Assembly (NCBI GenBank): GCA_030390025.1
Contig: JASTWF010000347.1
Span: 248,001-312,000 of the forward strand
Direction of reading: 5' to 3'
DNA from: Squalus acanthias
Taxonomy: Eukaryota
DNA: 64,000 nt
Part shown: one piece after another, positions 49,405 to 61,919 of the stretch
Layout: each line of letters starts with the position of its first letter
Position numbering within the stretch: the first letter of the stretch is position 1
Position numbers and translations under genes: made by a program
The notes under the pieces: model-generated
Database searches by the model: none
Seen by the model: the letters and a program-made list of their open reading frames with translations, nothing else
What the model was told of the DNA's origin: nothing

Positions 49405-50605
49405 CCAGAACATGCAGGTACAGCAAGAAAGTTAACATGCAGGTACAGCAAGAAAGTTAACATGCAGGTACAGCAAGCAATTAGGAAGGCAAACGGTATG
49501 TTAGCCTTTATTGCAATGGGGTCATAGAGTCATACAGCACAGAAAGAGGTCCTTCGGCCCATCGTGTCCGCACCGGCCATCAAGCCCTGTCTATTCTAAT
49601 CCCATTTTCCAGCACTTGGTCCGTAGCCTTGTATGCTATGGCATTTCAAGTGCTCATCTAAATGCTTCTTGAATGTTGTGAGGGTTCCTGCCTCTACCAC
49701 CCTTTCAGGCAGTGAGTTCCAGATTCCAACCACCCTCTGGGTGAAAAAGTTTTTCCTCAAATCCCCTCTAAACCTCCTGCCCCTTACCTTGAAACTATGC
49801 CCCCTGGTTATTGACCCCTCCACGAAGAGGAAAAGTTCCTTTCTAGCTACCCTATCTATGCCCCTCATAATTTTTTACACCTCAATCAGGTCCCCCCTGC
49901 TCTAAGGAAAACAACCCCAGCCTGTCCAGTCTCTCTTCATAGCTGAAGCGCTGCAGCCCAGGTAACATCCTGGTGAATCTCCTCTGCACCCTCTCCAATG
50001 CAATCACATCCTTCCTATAGTGTGGCGACCAGAACTGCACACAGTATTCCAGCTGTGGCCTAACTAGCGTTTTGTACAGCTCCATCATAACCTCCCTGCT
50101 CTTATATTCTATGCCTCCGCTAATGGGGTGGCAGGGTTAGAGTATAAAAGTGAGGAAGTCTTGCTGCAATTATATAGGGCTTTGGTGAGACCACACCTGG
50201 AGTATTGTGTACAGTTTTGGTCTCTGTACCTAAGGCCTTAGCTGGGGTGTAACGAAGGTTCACGAGATTGATTCCTGGGATGAGAGGGCTGTCCTATGAG
50301 GAGAGATTGAGTAGACTAGGCCTATATTCTCCAGAGTTTAGAAGAATGAGAGGTGACCTCATTGAAACATACAAAATTCTTACAGGGCTTGACAGGGTAG
50401 ATGCAGGGAGGATGTTTCCCCTGGCTGGGGAATCTAGAACCAGGGGTCACAGTCTCAGGATAAGGGGTCACCATTTAGGACTGAGATGAGGAGAAATGTC
50501 TTCACTCAGAGGGTGGTGAATCTTTGGAATTCTCTACCCCAGAGGGCCGTAGAGGCTCAGTCGTTGAGTATATTCAAGGCTGAGATCGATAGATTTTTGG
50601 GGCAT
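49405..50605. mobile_element. CR1 3' part (+) with nested CR1 3' end (-, ~49523-50122)
   Basis: ORFs 49596..49868, 49882..50088 and 50268..50489. Confidence 0.9.
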
Positions 50606-50634
50606 TAAGTGAGTGCTCCTAGTTCTGATGTTCC

Positions 50635-51232
50635 ACAAATCTCTCCGCCTCGCTACCTCTCCCTTATACTTTAAGACGCTCCTTAAAACCTCTCTCACTG
50701 ACCAAGCTTTTGGTCACCTGTCCTAATATCTCTATTCGTGGCTTAGTGTGTCAGTGATCTCCCATCAGATTAATGTGCTTCTGCTGTATGTGTCTTTAAT
50801 AAAGTGCCCGAAGCACTTCACGAAAGCTCGACACCGAGCCAGGCAGGGAGAGGTTAAGGCAGGTGATCAAAAGCTTGGTTAAAGAGGTAGGTTTTAAAGA
50901 GCGTCTTTAAGGAGGAAAGAGAGGCGAAGAGGTTTAGGGAGGGAATTCCAGAGCTTAGGGCCGAGGCAGCTGAAGGCACGGCTGCCTATGGTGGAGCGAT
51001 TAAAATGGACGATGCTCAAGAGGCCAGAATTGGAGGAGGCCAGAGATCTCGGAGGGTTGTTGGGCTGGAGGAGGTTAGAGATAGGGAGGGGCGAGGGCCG
51101 TGGAGGGATTTGAAAACAAGCATGAGAATTTTAAAATCGAGGCATTACTCAACCGGGAGCCAATGTAGGTCAGCGAGCACAGGGGAGATGGGTGAACGGG
51201 ACTCGGTGAGAGTTAGGATACAGGCAGCAGAG
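50635..51232. mobile_element. L2 3' fragments, tail to tail
   Basis: Homology to 14000-14430 (LADLHWLPV, ccctaagctctggaattccctccct). Confidence 0.8.
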
Positions 51233-51295
51233 TAAAAGGCGCTATATAAATGCAAGCTGTTGGATGAGATTAACAGCAGAATCCAACCCCTGCAG

Positions 51296-52054
51296 TCACT
51301 TGTGAACTCGCTGGTGTGCCAGCAGATGGGATGAACGAGTGAATCGCTTCCCACACATGGAGCAGGCGAACGGCCTCTCCCCAGTGTGAACTCGCTGGTG
51401 TTTCACCAGATCATTTGTGCTTTTAAAGCTCTTCTCACAATCAGAACATTTAAAAGGTCTCTTATCAGAGTGAGCAAGTTGGTGTGTAGTGAGGTGGGAT
51501 GAACAAATGTATCGCTTTCCACATACCGAGCAGGAAAATGGCCTCTCCCCAGTGTGAGTGCGCTGATGAGTCAGAAGGTGGGATGAACAGGTGAATCCCT
51601 TCCCACACACAGAGCAGGTGAATGGCCTCTCCTCAGTGTGATCAGCCTGGTGTCTCAAATGGTTGGATGAGGAACTGAATCCTTTCCCACACACAGAGCA
51701 GATGAACGGTCTCTCTCCAGTGTGAGCTCGCTTGTGAAGAGTGAGGTGGGAAAAAGAAATGAATGCCTTCCCACAGACAGTGCAGGTGAACGGCTTCTCC
51801 CCGGTGTGAATACGTTTGTGCCCAATGAGGGTGGCTGACTGCCTGAACTTCTTCCCACAATGAGAGCAACTGAACGGTCTCTCATCAGTGTGAACTCGCT
51901 GGTGTGTTCGGAGGACGGATGCCCAAGTGAATCCCTTCCCACACACGGGGCAGATGAACGGCCTCTCCCCAGTGTGACTGCGTCGATGAATTTCCAGCCG
52001 GGACGGGTAATGGAATCCCTTCCCACAGTCCCCACATTTCCAGGGTTTCTCCGT
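51296..52054 (-). CDS. C2H2 ZNF unit E, 9 intact fingers, ACG-opened frame (252 aa)
   Basis: Uninterrupted frame with 9 CxxC-x12-HxxxH units; 3' UTR split by insertions (resumes ~49230-49295); exon 1 not found. Confidence 0.75.
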   Translation of the reverse strand, partial: TEKPWKCGDCGKGFHYPSRLEIHRRSHTGERPFICPVCGKGFTWASVLRTHQRVHTDERPFSCSHCGKKFRQSATLIGHKRIHTGEKPFTCTVCGKAFISFSHLTLHKRAHTGERPFICSVCGKGFSSSSNHLRHQADHTEERPFTCSVCGKGFTCSSHLLTHQRTHTGERPFSCSVCGKRYICSSHLTTHQLAHSDKRPFKCSDCEKSFKSTNDLVKHQRVHTGERPFACSMCGKRFTRSSHLLAHQRVHK

Positions 52055-52424
52055 GGTGCGGGTGTCCTTGTGTCTCTCCAGGTTGGATGATCAGTTGAAG
52101 CCTCGTCCACACACAGAACACGTGTACGGTTTCTCCCCGCTGTGAACGGTGCGATGTTTTTTCAGGCTGTGTAACTGGTTAAAGCTCTTTCCACAGTCAG
52201 TGCACTGGAACACTCTCACTCGGGTGTGTGTGTCTCGGTGCTTTTCCAGTCACACTGATGTTTGAAATCTTTTCCCACAGACAGAACAGCAAACATTTCT
52301 CCTTCCACATTCAAAGGCCGATGATATTCCCTGTAAAAGCAGTTTACAAAAGACATCACTGTAAGTTCAGGATTAAAATTCAGAACAAATAATTCTAGTT
52401 TCTATGGAACATTCTTTCCTCTCT

Positions 52425-52660
52425 TATTACATAGAATTACACAGATTGTACAGCACAGAAACAGGCCATTCGGCCCAACTGGTCCATGCGGTGTTTATGC
52501 TCCACACGAGCCTCCTCCCATCTCTCCCTATCAGCATCTCCTTCTATTCCTTTCTCCCATGTGTTTATCCAGCTTCCCCTTAAATGCATCCATGCTCTTC
52601 GCCTCAACTACTCCCTGTGGCAGCAAGTTCCACATTCTCAGCACTCTCTGGGTGAAGGAG
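52425..52660 (-). mobile_element. CR1 3' end in the unit E intron
   Basis: FTQRVLRMWNLLPQGVVEA...FKGKLDKHM. Confidence 0.85.
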
Positions 52661-53035
52661 TTTAATCTAAATAGGACTTTCCTGGGCAGCCAATGAGCAC
52701 TGCTGCCTTTTTTGTGCATTTCCTGGCGAGGCTAAACAGTTGATATTTTCTGATCAAAAAGAGCTGAGCTCGGCAGCATTAGTCCTGTTTTGCCTCCTTT
52801 GGAGACCAGGTGTACGAGCAGAGTGAGCGCAGCCTTCACAGCAACCGCAATAAAATTGTTACAGTTGTGAAGGAACTTTGTGTCCGTGCACTGGACCACA
52901 AACAAAGTATGTGTGTCGATTATTGTCTGACTGCAATACTGTGACATTTTAAAGGTGCTATATAAAGGTAAGTTGTTGTTGGTGTTCTGTTTAAATTTAG
53001 TGAAATGATCGATAACCAAGGAAGGTCATTTCTTT

Positions 53036-53760
53036 AACAACAACAGAAAATGCTGGAAACACTCAGCAGGCCAGGCAGCATCGTGGAGAGAGAAACAGAG
53101 TTAACGTTTCAGGTCTGGGACCCTTCATCAGAAGTGGAGAAGGCTGGAGATGTAACAGATTTTAAGCAGGTGCAGAGGCTGGGAAAGGGGAGGAAGGAAC
53201 AGTCTGTGCTCGGGTAGGAGGCAGGAGGGATAAAATGTTGCAAATGGGGATGGCAAAAACATAAACAGCCTGAAAAATGGGGGCAGGGGTTATAGTCTGA
53301 AATTGTTGAACTCAATCAGTCCAGAAGGCTGTAAAGTGCCTAATCGAAAGATGAGGTGCTGTTCCTGGAGCTTACGTTGAGCTTCATTGGAACAGTGTAA
53401 GAGGACAGAGAGATCAGAGTGGGAGTGAAGCGGAGAATTAAAGTAACAGGCGACCAGAAGCTCGGGGTCCCCCTTACGGACTGAACGGAGGTGTTCCGCA
53501 AAGTGGTCGCCCAATCTGCGTTTGGTCTCCCCAATGTAGGAGACCGTGTGGTGAGCACAGACTGTTCCTTCCTCCCCTCTCCCTCCTTCTGCACCTGCTT
53601 AAAACCTGTTACATCTCCAGCTCTGATGAAGGGTCCCAGACCTGAAACGTTAACTCTGTTTCTCTCTCCACGGATGCTGCCTGGCCTGCTGAGTGTTTCC
53701 AGCATTTCCTGTTGTTATTTCAGATTTCCAGCAGCCGCAGTATTTTGCTGTTGTTTCTGA
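53036..53760 (-). mobile_element. Penelope-like element 3' end with an inverted terminal repeat and 10-bp TSD
   Basis: YIGETKRRLGDHFAEHL...EQHLIFRLGTLQPSGL GIY-YIG remnant; 53036-53210 is inverted at 53553-53757; TSD tcatttcttt at 53026-53035 and 53761-53770. Confidence 0.88.
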
Positions 53761-53794
53761 TCATTTCTTTGTTTGGTTCTGTTAGTTTTCAGAG

Positions 53795-54350
53795 AATCAT
53801 CCGCCCTGTCCAAGATGGCGGCCAGTGACCCCGCTGACCCGGGCGGCCGGGCCTGTCACCGCGGGACAAACACGGGGCCTGTGGGCTCTTATTCGGGGCC
53901 TGAGGCCTACACCGGGTGTTTATGAAGCTTCCCAGCCCACCCGCGGGTCCAATTCCTCCCCGAGCCCACAATCTCCTACCGCCTCCCGGAACCGTCTCTT
54001 CCGCTTTAGACCATCGTCAACACTCGCACTGCGCATGCTCAGAGCACTGCCCGGTCCCGCGCCTGCGCACTGGGCTCCTGTGGTCATTGATAGGGCACAT
54101 TCTGCCTCGCGGGGGATTCTGGGTAAACACCCCGCCATTGAAAGCCCAATTGGGGAACAGAACATTTTTTAAATTATTCCATCGAGATTGGGGCCGGAGA
54201 GGCAATCAACAAAATTAATTAATTAATTATACAGAAACCCACATGCCCGGTCCCTCCGCCATCGTGTGAAGTACGCTGGCCGCCACTTTTCAGTTACCAA
54301 CTCGTACCTCAGGCCCCGCCCAGTCCGGTTTAATTGCTAAATGTTTTCTA
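53795..54350 (-). promoter_or_regulatory. CpG promoter module upstream of unit E
   Basis: caagatggcggcc, tgcgcatgctc and ZNF143-like tacccagaatcccccgcg (minus strand); inverted homologue of 58090-58810. Confidence 0.7.
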
Positions 54351-54974
54351 ACTTCAGTGCAGTCCTGTTATTCAGAGGGAAACTTACGAGGCACCATATT
54401 TTTGTATGTCTTACCTGAGAAGCTGGCAGCAATTTTTTTTTCCAAGGTGGAAATAGGTGAAAAACGCCACTAGCGACCCATCAAAACACACGGGACAGAG
54501 AAGTCCACTTCAGCAGCACACTTGCCACAGGACTCAATATCGATCCCCCTCCACCACTGGTGCACTTTGTCTGCAGTGTGTACGATCTACAAGATGACCA
54601 AAGGTCAGATTGTGTGGAGTCAAAGGTCAGGCCGTGTGGAGTCAAGGGCCAAGTAGTATGTTTTTGTGAAAAGATGGCTACAAAACAGAAATCAGAGAGT
54701 AAGAGCAAGGGAAGTTTCTCAGACTGGCAGAAAGTGAGAAGATCTGTGCTGGGACCCATGTTGTTCACCATTATATGGACTCAAAAATTGGAGGCATGTT
54801 GCAGATGATACCAAGTTGGTCCTTGCGGAGACCAAGTCTTCACACTGAGGACACCCTCCATTGTATTGTGCGGCACTACCACTGTGCTAAGTGACATAGA
54901 CTAAGAACAGACCAAACAGTTCAAAACTGGGCAGCCACGAGGCACTGTGGGCAATCAGCAGTTGCAGAATGTAT

Positions 54975-56255
54975 TCCACCACAAACTGCAACTGGGAAAG
55001 TAAGCTGCGAGGAGGAAACAAAGAGCCTGCAAAGGAATATAAACAGGTGAGTGGGCAATAAGGTGGCAGATGGAGTATAATGTGAGGAAATGTGAGGTTA
55101 TTCACTTTGGTAGGAAGAATAGAGAAATAGAATATTTTTTAAATGGTGAGAAACTATTAAATGTTGGTGTTCAGAGAGATTTAGGTGTCCTCGTACAGGA
55201 AACACAGAAAGTCATGAGATGTCTGGACAGAGTAGATAGAGTGAAACTGTTCCCATTGGCAGAAGGGTCGAGAACCAGAGGACACAGATTTAAGGTGATT
55301 GGCAAAAGAACCAAAGGCGACATGAGGAAAAACTTTTTTACACACCGAGTGGTTAGGATCTGGAATGCACTGCCTGAAAGGGTGGTGGAGGCAGATTCAA
55401 TCACAGCTTTCAATCGGGAATTGGATAAGTACCTGAAAGAAAAAAAATTGCAGGGCTACGGGGAAAGGGCGGAGAGTGGGACTAGCTGAAGTGCTCTTGC
55501 AGAGAGCCGGCATGGGCTAGACGGGCTGAATGGCCTCCTTCTGTGCTGTAACCATTCTATGATTCTATGGTTCTATGAAAGTTAGCATGCAGGTACAGCA
55601 AACAATTAGGAAGGCAAATGGCATGTTGGCCTTTATTGCAAGGGGGTTGGAGTACAAGAGTAAGGAAGTTTTACTACAATTGTACAGGGTTCTGGTGAGA
55701 CCACACCTGGAGTACTGTGCACAGTTTTGGTCTCCTTATCTGAGAAAGGACATATGTGCCTTAGAGCTGGTGCAACGAAGGTTCACTAGATTGATCCCTG
55801 GGATGAGAGGGCTGTCCTATGAGGAGAGATTGAGTAGATTGGGCCTATACTCTCTGGAGTTTAGAAGAATGAGAGCTGATCTCATTGAAATATATAATAT
55901 TCTGAGGGGGATTGACAGGGTAGATGCTGAGAGATTGTTTCCCCTGGCTGGAGAGTCTAGAACTAGGGGGCATAGTCTCAGGATAAGGGGTTGGCCATTT
56001 AAGACTGAGATGAGGAGGAATTACTTTACTCAAAGGGTTGTAAATCTCTGTAATTCTCTATCCCATAGGGCTGTGGATGCTGAGTCATTGAGTATATTCA
56101 AGGCTGAGATAGATAGATTTTTGGACTCCAGGGGAATCAAGGGATATGGGGTTCGGGCGAGAAAGTGGAGTTGAAGTCGAAGATTAGCCATGATCTTATT
56201 GAATGGGGGAGCAGGCTCGAAGGGCTATATGGCCTACTCCTGCTCCTAATTCTTA
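54975..56255 (+). mobile_element. CR1 3' part with nested CR1 3' end (~55213-55575)
   Basis: ORFs 55070..55489 and 55575..56174; gaaagt duplicated at the junctions. Confidence 0.92.
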
Positions 56256-56269
56256 CATTTTTATAACCT

Positions 56270-56692
56270 CATGGCCCAGCATACCCCTCACTCCTCTATC
56301 ATCATCAAACCAGAGGACTAACCCTGATTCAAAGAGGAGTGCAGAAGTGCATGCCGGGAACAGCACCAGGTGTACCTGAAAATGAGAAGCCAACTTGGTG
56401 AAGATAAAACACAGGACTACATGCATGCTAAACAGAGGAAGCAGCATGCTATAGACAGAGCCAAGCAATCCCACAATCAAAGAATCAGATCAAAGCTCTG
56501 CAGTCCTGCCACATCTAGTCACAAATGGTAGTGGACAATTAAGCAACTAACAGGAGGAGGAGGCTCCATGAACACCCCCATCCTCAATGATGGCAGAGCC
56601 CATCATATAACTGCAAAAGACAAGGCCGAATCATTTGTAACTATCTTCAGCTAGAAGTGTCGAGTGGATGATCCTTCTCCACCTGCTCCTGA
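56270..56692 (+). mobile_element. Degenerate fragment of another non-LTR family
   Basis: TIKQLTGGG...PILNDG...AKDKAESF remnant resembling a LINE EN-RT linker. Confidence 0.55.
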
Positions 56693-56693
56693 G

Positions 56694-57480
56694 TCAACAA
56701 CAACAACTTGCATTTATATAGCGCCTTTACTGCAGTAAAATGTTCCCAGGCTCTTCACAAGAACGTTATCAGACAAAATGTGACACCAAACCACATAAGG
56801 AGATATTAGGACAGGCAAAAATCTTGGTCAAAGAGATAGTTTTTAAGGATCATCTTAAAGAAGGAGAGAGGCAGGTAGGTTTTCTGAATTCCAGACCTGC
56901 AGGCCTCGGCAGCTGAAGGCACGGCCGCCAATAGTGGAGCAATTAAAATCGGGGATGCACAAGAGGCCAGAATTAGAGGAGCAGAGATATTTTGGAGGGT
57001 TGTAGGGCTGGAGGAGGTTTCAGAGATGGGGAGGAGCAAGGCCATGGAGGGAATTGAAAACAAGGATGAATGTTTTAAATTTGAGGTGTTGCCGGATAGG
57101 GAGCCAATGTAGGTCGGTGAGCACAGGGGTGATGGGTGAACGAGACTTGGTGTGAGTCAGGATATGGGCAGCAGAGTTTTGGAGGAGCTGAAGCTTATGG
57201 AGGGCAAAAGATGGGAGGCTGACTAGGAGAGCATTGGTATAGTCGAGTCTAGAGGCAACAAAGGCATGGATGAGGGTTGTAGCAGCAGATGGGCGGAGGC
57301 AGAGGTGGAGTTAGGTAATGTTTTGGAGGTGGAAGGAGGAGATGTCGGTAACAGAGAGCATATGTGGTCGGAAGCTCAGCACAGGGTCAAATGGGATGTC
57401 GAGGTTGTGAACAGTCTGGTTCAGCCTCAGACAGTCGGCAGGAAAGGGATGGAGGTGGTCGCTCGGGAATGGAGAGAGTG
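56694..57480 (-). mobile_element. L2 3' portion
   Basis: Homology to 13931-14700; (caa)n tail. Confidence 0.85.
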
Positions 57481-57493
57481 GCGGGGGCCTTGT

Positions 57494-57715
57494 AGGCCCG
57501 AGCATTAATCCACCCACTGGGTAAAGGCTCCCTAGGCCCGAGCATTAATCCACCCCTGGATAAGTGTCTCGGAGGCCCGAGCATTAATCCACCGCCCCTG
57601 GGGAAAGGCTCCCTAGGCCCGATCATTAATCCACTTCCTGGGTAAAGATCCTGTAGACCTGAGCATTAATCCATCCCTGGGGGAAGGCCCCGTAGGCCCG
57701 AGCATTAATCCACAC
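57494..57715. repeat. ~40-bp minisatellite, 6 copies
   Basis: aggcccgagcattaatccac recurs at about 57494, 57534, 57573, 57615, 57655 and 57694. Confidence 0.9.
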
Positions 57716-58229
57716 CCTTAAATCCTACCCTCTGAATTCTGTTTTGTAGCCGTCTTTCCATCCATTCTGTTACCTGACCGTTGACCACACACAGCCTGAC
57801 CTTGGTCATCTTGTAGACCGTACATACTGCAGACATGTTGCATCAATGTTGGAGGGGATCGATATTGTGGCAGGTGCGCTGATGAAGTGGATTTCTCTGT
57901 CCCGTGTGTTTTGATGGATCGCTAGTGGCGTTTTTCACCTCTTTCCACCTTGAAAAAAATTGCTGCCAGCTCATTAAAGCCATTAAAGCTTCTTAGTTAG
58001 GACACAAAAAATGGTGCCTCGAAAGTTTCCCTCTAAATAACAGGTCTGCACTGAAGTTAGAAAACACAGTTAGTAAATATTTAGTAATTAAACCAGACTG
58101 GGCGGGGCCTGAGGTACGAGTTAATAACTGAAAAGTGGCGGCCAGCGTACTTCACACGATGGTGGAGGGCCCGGGCATGTGGGTTTCTGTATAATTTATT
58201 AATTGATTTTGTTTATTGCCTCTCCGGCC

Positions 58230-58885
58230 CCAATCTCGATGGAATGATTTAAAAAAGTTCTGTTCACCAATTGAGGTTTTCAATGACGGGATTGTTCCCC
58301 AGAATCCCCCGCGCGGCAGAATGTGCCCCATCAATGACCACAGGAGAACATTATTGATTATTTGTAAAATTAATCATTGCATTTATATTAACTATAAGGC
58401 TGTTTTTAAGGCTTTATTTTTTACTGTGATGGATGAATGTAATGATTTACTATGTAATGGATTTACTATGTCATTGATGAGTTGTATAAATATTATTGTA
58501 TTTGAATAAAAAGATTTCTCCAAAAAAATGACCACAGGAGCCTACTGCGCAGGCGCGGGACCGGGCAGTGCTGAGCATGCGCAGTACCAGTGGTGCCGTG
58601 TTCTGAATCGGAAGAGAAGGTTCCGGGAGGCGGTAGGAGATTGTGGGCTCGGGGAGCAATTGGACCCGCGGGTGGGCTGGGAAACATCATAAACCCCTGG
58701 TGTAGGCCTCAGGCCTCGAATAAAAGCCCACAGGCCCCGTGTTTGCCCCGCGGTGATAGGCCCGGCCGCCCGGGTCAGCGGGGTCACTGGCCGCCATCTT
58801 GGACAGGGCCTGGTTACTGCGCATGCGCGGCTAACTTCTGCAGGAACAGAGAGTGGGCGGGGCTTCAGGGTCCCAGTGACCAGGA
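58230..58885 (+). promoter_or_regulatory. CpG promoter of unit F
   Basis: Same YY1-, NRF1-, GC-box- and ZNF143-like motifs as unit C. Confidence 0.75.
58347..58526 (+). mobile_element. Second 5'-truncated poly(A) insertion of the unnamed element, 14-bp TSD
   Basis: TSD aatgaccacaggag at 58333-58346 and 58527-58540; absent from the paralogous promoter near 54075-54090. Confidence 0.88.
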
Positions 58886-59536
58886 GAGACAATCATTGAC
58901 TCATTGATTTTATTCTCACTCTGCACACAGCGGGTGTGGAACTGAACCCAACCAGAGTAGAGGGAGGGAGAAAACTGGGAGTGGAGGAAAGAAATGTTGG
59001 AGATGGTGCGATGGGTTTGGATTTCAGCACAGGGAGGAGGGAGAGTGTGTGGGACGGGGATTTACAGCTTTGGGGGAACAAGAGAGGAAAGAATGTTCCA
59101 TAGAAACTAGAATTGTCTGTTCTGAATTTCTAGCCTGTACTTACAGTGATGACTTTTGTAAACTCCTTTTACAGGTATTTGAAGGCAGGAATTGCAGTCA
59201 GGAAACTCAAACCAAACATCACAACAAGATCTGACAGAGTTATTCAATTCATCAGGACCTGAATATCATCGGCCTTTGAATATGGAAGGAGAAACGTTTG
59301 TCTGGTCTGTCTGTGGGAAAAGATTTCAAACATCAATGTGACTGGAAAAGCACCGAGACACACACACCCGAGTGAGAGTGTTCCAGTGCACTGACTGTGG
59401 AAAGTGCCTTAACTAGTTACACAGCCTGAAAAAACATCGCACCGTTCACAGCGGGGAAAAACTGTACACGTGTTGTATGTGTGGACAATCCTTCAACTGA
59501 TCGTCCAACCTGGAGGGACACAAGGACACCCGCACC

Positions 59537-60646
59537 ACGGAGAAACCGTGGAAATGTGGGGACTGTGGGAAGGGATTCAGTTCCCCGTCCCAGCTGAAAA
59601 CTCATCAACGCAGTCACACTGGGGAGAGGCCGTTCACCTGCTCCGTGTGTGGGAAGGGATTCACTTGGCCATGTCACCTGATAAGACACCAGAGAGTTCA
59701 CACTGATGAGAAACCTTTTAAATGCTCTGTCTGTGAGAACAACTTTAAAAGCTCTGAGGGACTGATTAGACACCAGCGAGTTCACACTGAAGTGAGACTA
59801 TTCAGTTGCTCTCACTGCAAAAAGAGATTCAAGCACTCATCCAGTCTCACTGAACACCAGCGTGTTCACACTGGGGAGAGACCTTTTAACTGCTCTGTCT
59901 GTGGAATCAGCTTTAAAAGCGCTGGTGAGCTGAGTAAACACCAGCGAGTTCACACTGACGAGAGACCTTTTAACTGCTCTGTCTGTGGAAACAGCTTTAA
60001 ACGTGCTGCAGATCTGATTAATCACCAGCGAGTTCACACTGATGAGAGACCGTTTAAATGCTTGGACTGTGGGAACAGCTTTAAACGCTCTGTGGGTCTA
60101 ATTAGACACCAGCGAGTTCACACTGATGAAAGGCCTTTTAAATGCTCTGACTGTGGGAGCAGATTTAAACGCTCTGAGGGACTGATTAAACACCAGCGAG
60201 TTCACACTGATGAGAGACCATTTCAATGCTCTGACTGTGGGAGCAGATTTAAAAGCTCTGAGGGATTGATTAGACACCAGCTCATTCACACTGACGAGAG
60301 GCCATTTCAATGCTCTGACTGTGGGAGTAGCTTTAAAAGCTCTGCAGAGCTGATTAAACACCAGCGTATTCACACTGACGAGAGACCTTTTAAATGCTGT
60401 GACTGTGGGAACAGATTTAAAAGTTCAGAGGGAGTGATTAAACACCAGCGAGTTCACACTGACAAGAGACCGTTTCAATGCTCTGAATGTGGGAACAGCT
60501 TTAAACGCTCGGCAGAGCTGGTGAGACACCAGCGAGTTCACACTGGGGAGAGACCTTTGAAATGCTTGGTCTGCGGGAAAAGCTTTAAACGCTCTGTGAG
60601 TCTGATTAAACATCAGCGAGTTCACACTGATGAGAGACCGTTTTAA
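59537..60646 (+). CDS. C2H2 ZNF unit F, 13 fingers, ACG-opened frame, premature TAA before 3 more fingers
   Basis: 84-bp periodic array; ccg-ttt-TAA-tgc at 60644-60646; fingers 14-16 continue in frame to ~60877; acceptor ends at 59174. Confidence 0.75.
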   Translation, partial: TEKPWKCGDCGKGFSSPSQLKTHQRSHTGERPFTCSVCGKGFTWPCHLIRHQRVHTDEKPFKCSVCENNFKSSEGLIRHQRVHTEVRLFSCSHCKKRFKHSSSLTEHQRVHTGERPFNCSVCGISFKSAGELSKHQRVHTDERPFNCSVCGNSFKRAADLINHQRVHTDERPFKCLDCGNSFKRSVGLIRHQRVHTDERPFKCSDCGSRFKRSEGLIKHQRVHTDERPFQCSDCGSRFKSSEGLIRHQLIHTDERPFQCSDCGSSFKSSAELIKHQRIHTDERPFKCCDCGNRFKSSEGVIKHQRVHTDKRPFQCSECGNSFKRSAELVRHQRVHTGERPLKCLVCGKSFKRSVSLIKHQRVHTDERPF

Positions 60647-61594
60647 TGCTCTGAATGTGGGAACAGATTTAAAAGCTCAGCGGGACTGATTAAACACCAG
60701 CGAGTTCACACTGATGACAGACCGTTTAGTTGCTCTCACTGCGGGAAGAGGTTCAGGCGCTCATCCAGCCTTATTGCACACCAGTGTGTTCACATAAGGG
60801 GGAGGCCATTCATCTGCTCCGTGTGTGCGAAGGGATTCTCCCAGTCATCCAACCTGCTGGCACACCAGCGAGTTCACGTGCGACAGCAGGGGTTGGATTG
60901 CTGTTTTTGCTGCTGTTAATCACATCCAGGACTGAACCATGTTCACTCTGCTGGTGTTAATAACCCTTCTAACTGGGGTGGAATTTAATATTAAAAGAAA
61001 AGACTTACATTTATATAGCGCCTTTCATGACCACCGGATGTCCCAAAGCGCTTTACAGCCAATTAAATACTTTTTTTTTGAAGTGTAATCACTGTTGTAA
61101 TGCAGGAAATGCGACAGCCAATTTGGGCACAGCAAGCTCTCACAAACAGCAATGTGATAATGACCAGATAATCTGTTTTAGTGATGTTGATTCTGGATAT
61201 ATGCCAAATAAATCAGCTTTGTTTTAAACAGTGTGTCAATTCCTTGGTTTTTCCATGATAAGAGGAGACTAATGGATTTCCTGCTACCGATTGTTCCATT
61301 TTTGGGCCTTTTCTCCTGTCTTACTCTAGAATTTTTAAGTTCTCATAAATTTGGTTACCCTCATGGACAAGTCCCAGCTCCCCATATCTTCCAGAGAGCC
61401 TCTCCTAGCCTTGGTAGCCTAACCGTAAGATCCTAACCCGAATCATTAACGTAATCCCTAACCCCAACCCCTGACTGTATCACCCTAACCACAGTCCTCA
61501 CGTCTATCACTGATCCCTAAAGTGCCCAGTCTCAATAGTGATTGTGATGTCATCGGGGGTGCAGAGGTCAATGGCCAGGTTATTTTTTATATAT

Positions 61595-61916
61595 AACTCG
61601 CCAAGGCTTCTTCAGCAGCACCTCCCAAACCCGTGACCTCTTCCACCTAGAAGGACAAGGGCAGCAGGCGCATGGGAACACCACCACCTCCAAGTCACAC
61701 ACCATCCTGACTTGGAAGTATATCGCTGTTCCTTCATCGTCGCTGGGTCAAAATCCTGGAAATCCCTCCCGAACAGCACTGTGGGAGTACCTTCACCACA
61801 CGGACTGCAGCGGTTCAAGAAGGCGGCTCACCACCCCCTTCTTAAGGGCAACTAGGGATGGGCAATAAATGCTGGCCTTGCCAGTGACGCCCACATCCCA
61901 TGAAAGAATTAAAAAA
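61595..61916 (+). mobile_element. 3' end of a non-LTR retrotransposon
   Basis: WKSLP...GLQRFKKAAH C-terminal remnant, then AATAAA and an A-rich tail. Confidence 0.7.
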
Positions 61917-61919
61917 TGT

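Noticed and set aside
61415..61525. Interstitial telomeric repeat
   Set aside because: Only scattered cctaac motifs, with no tandem CCCTAA run
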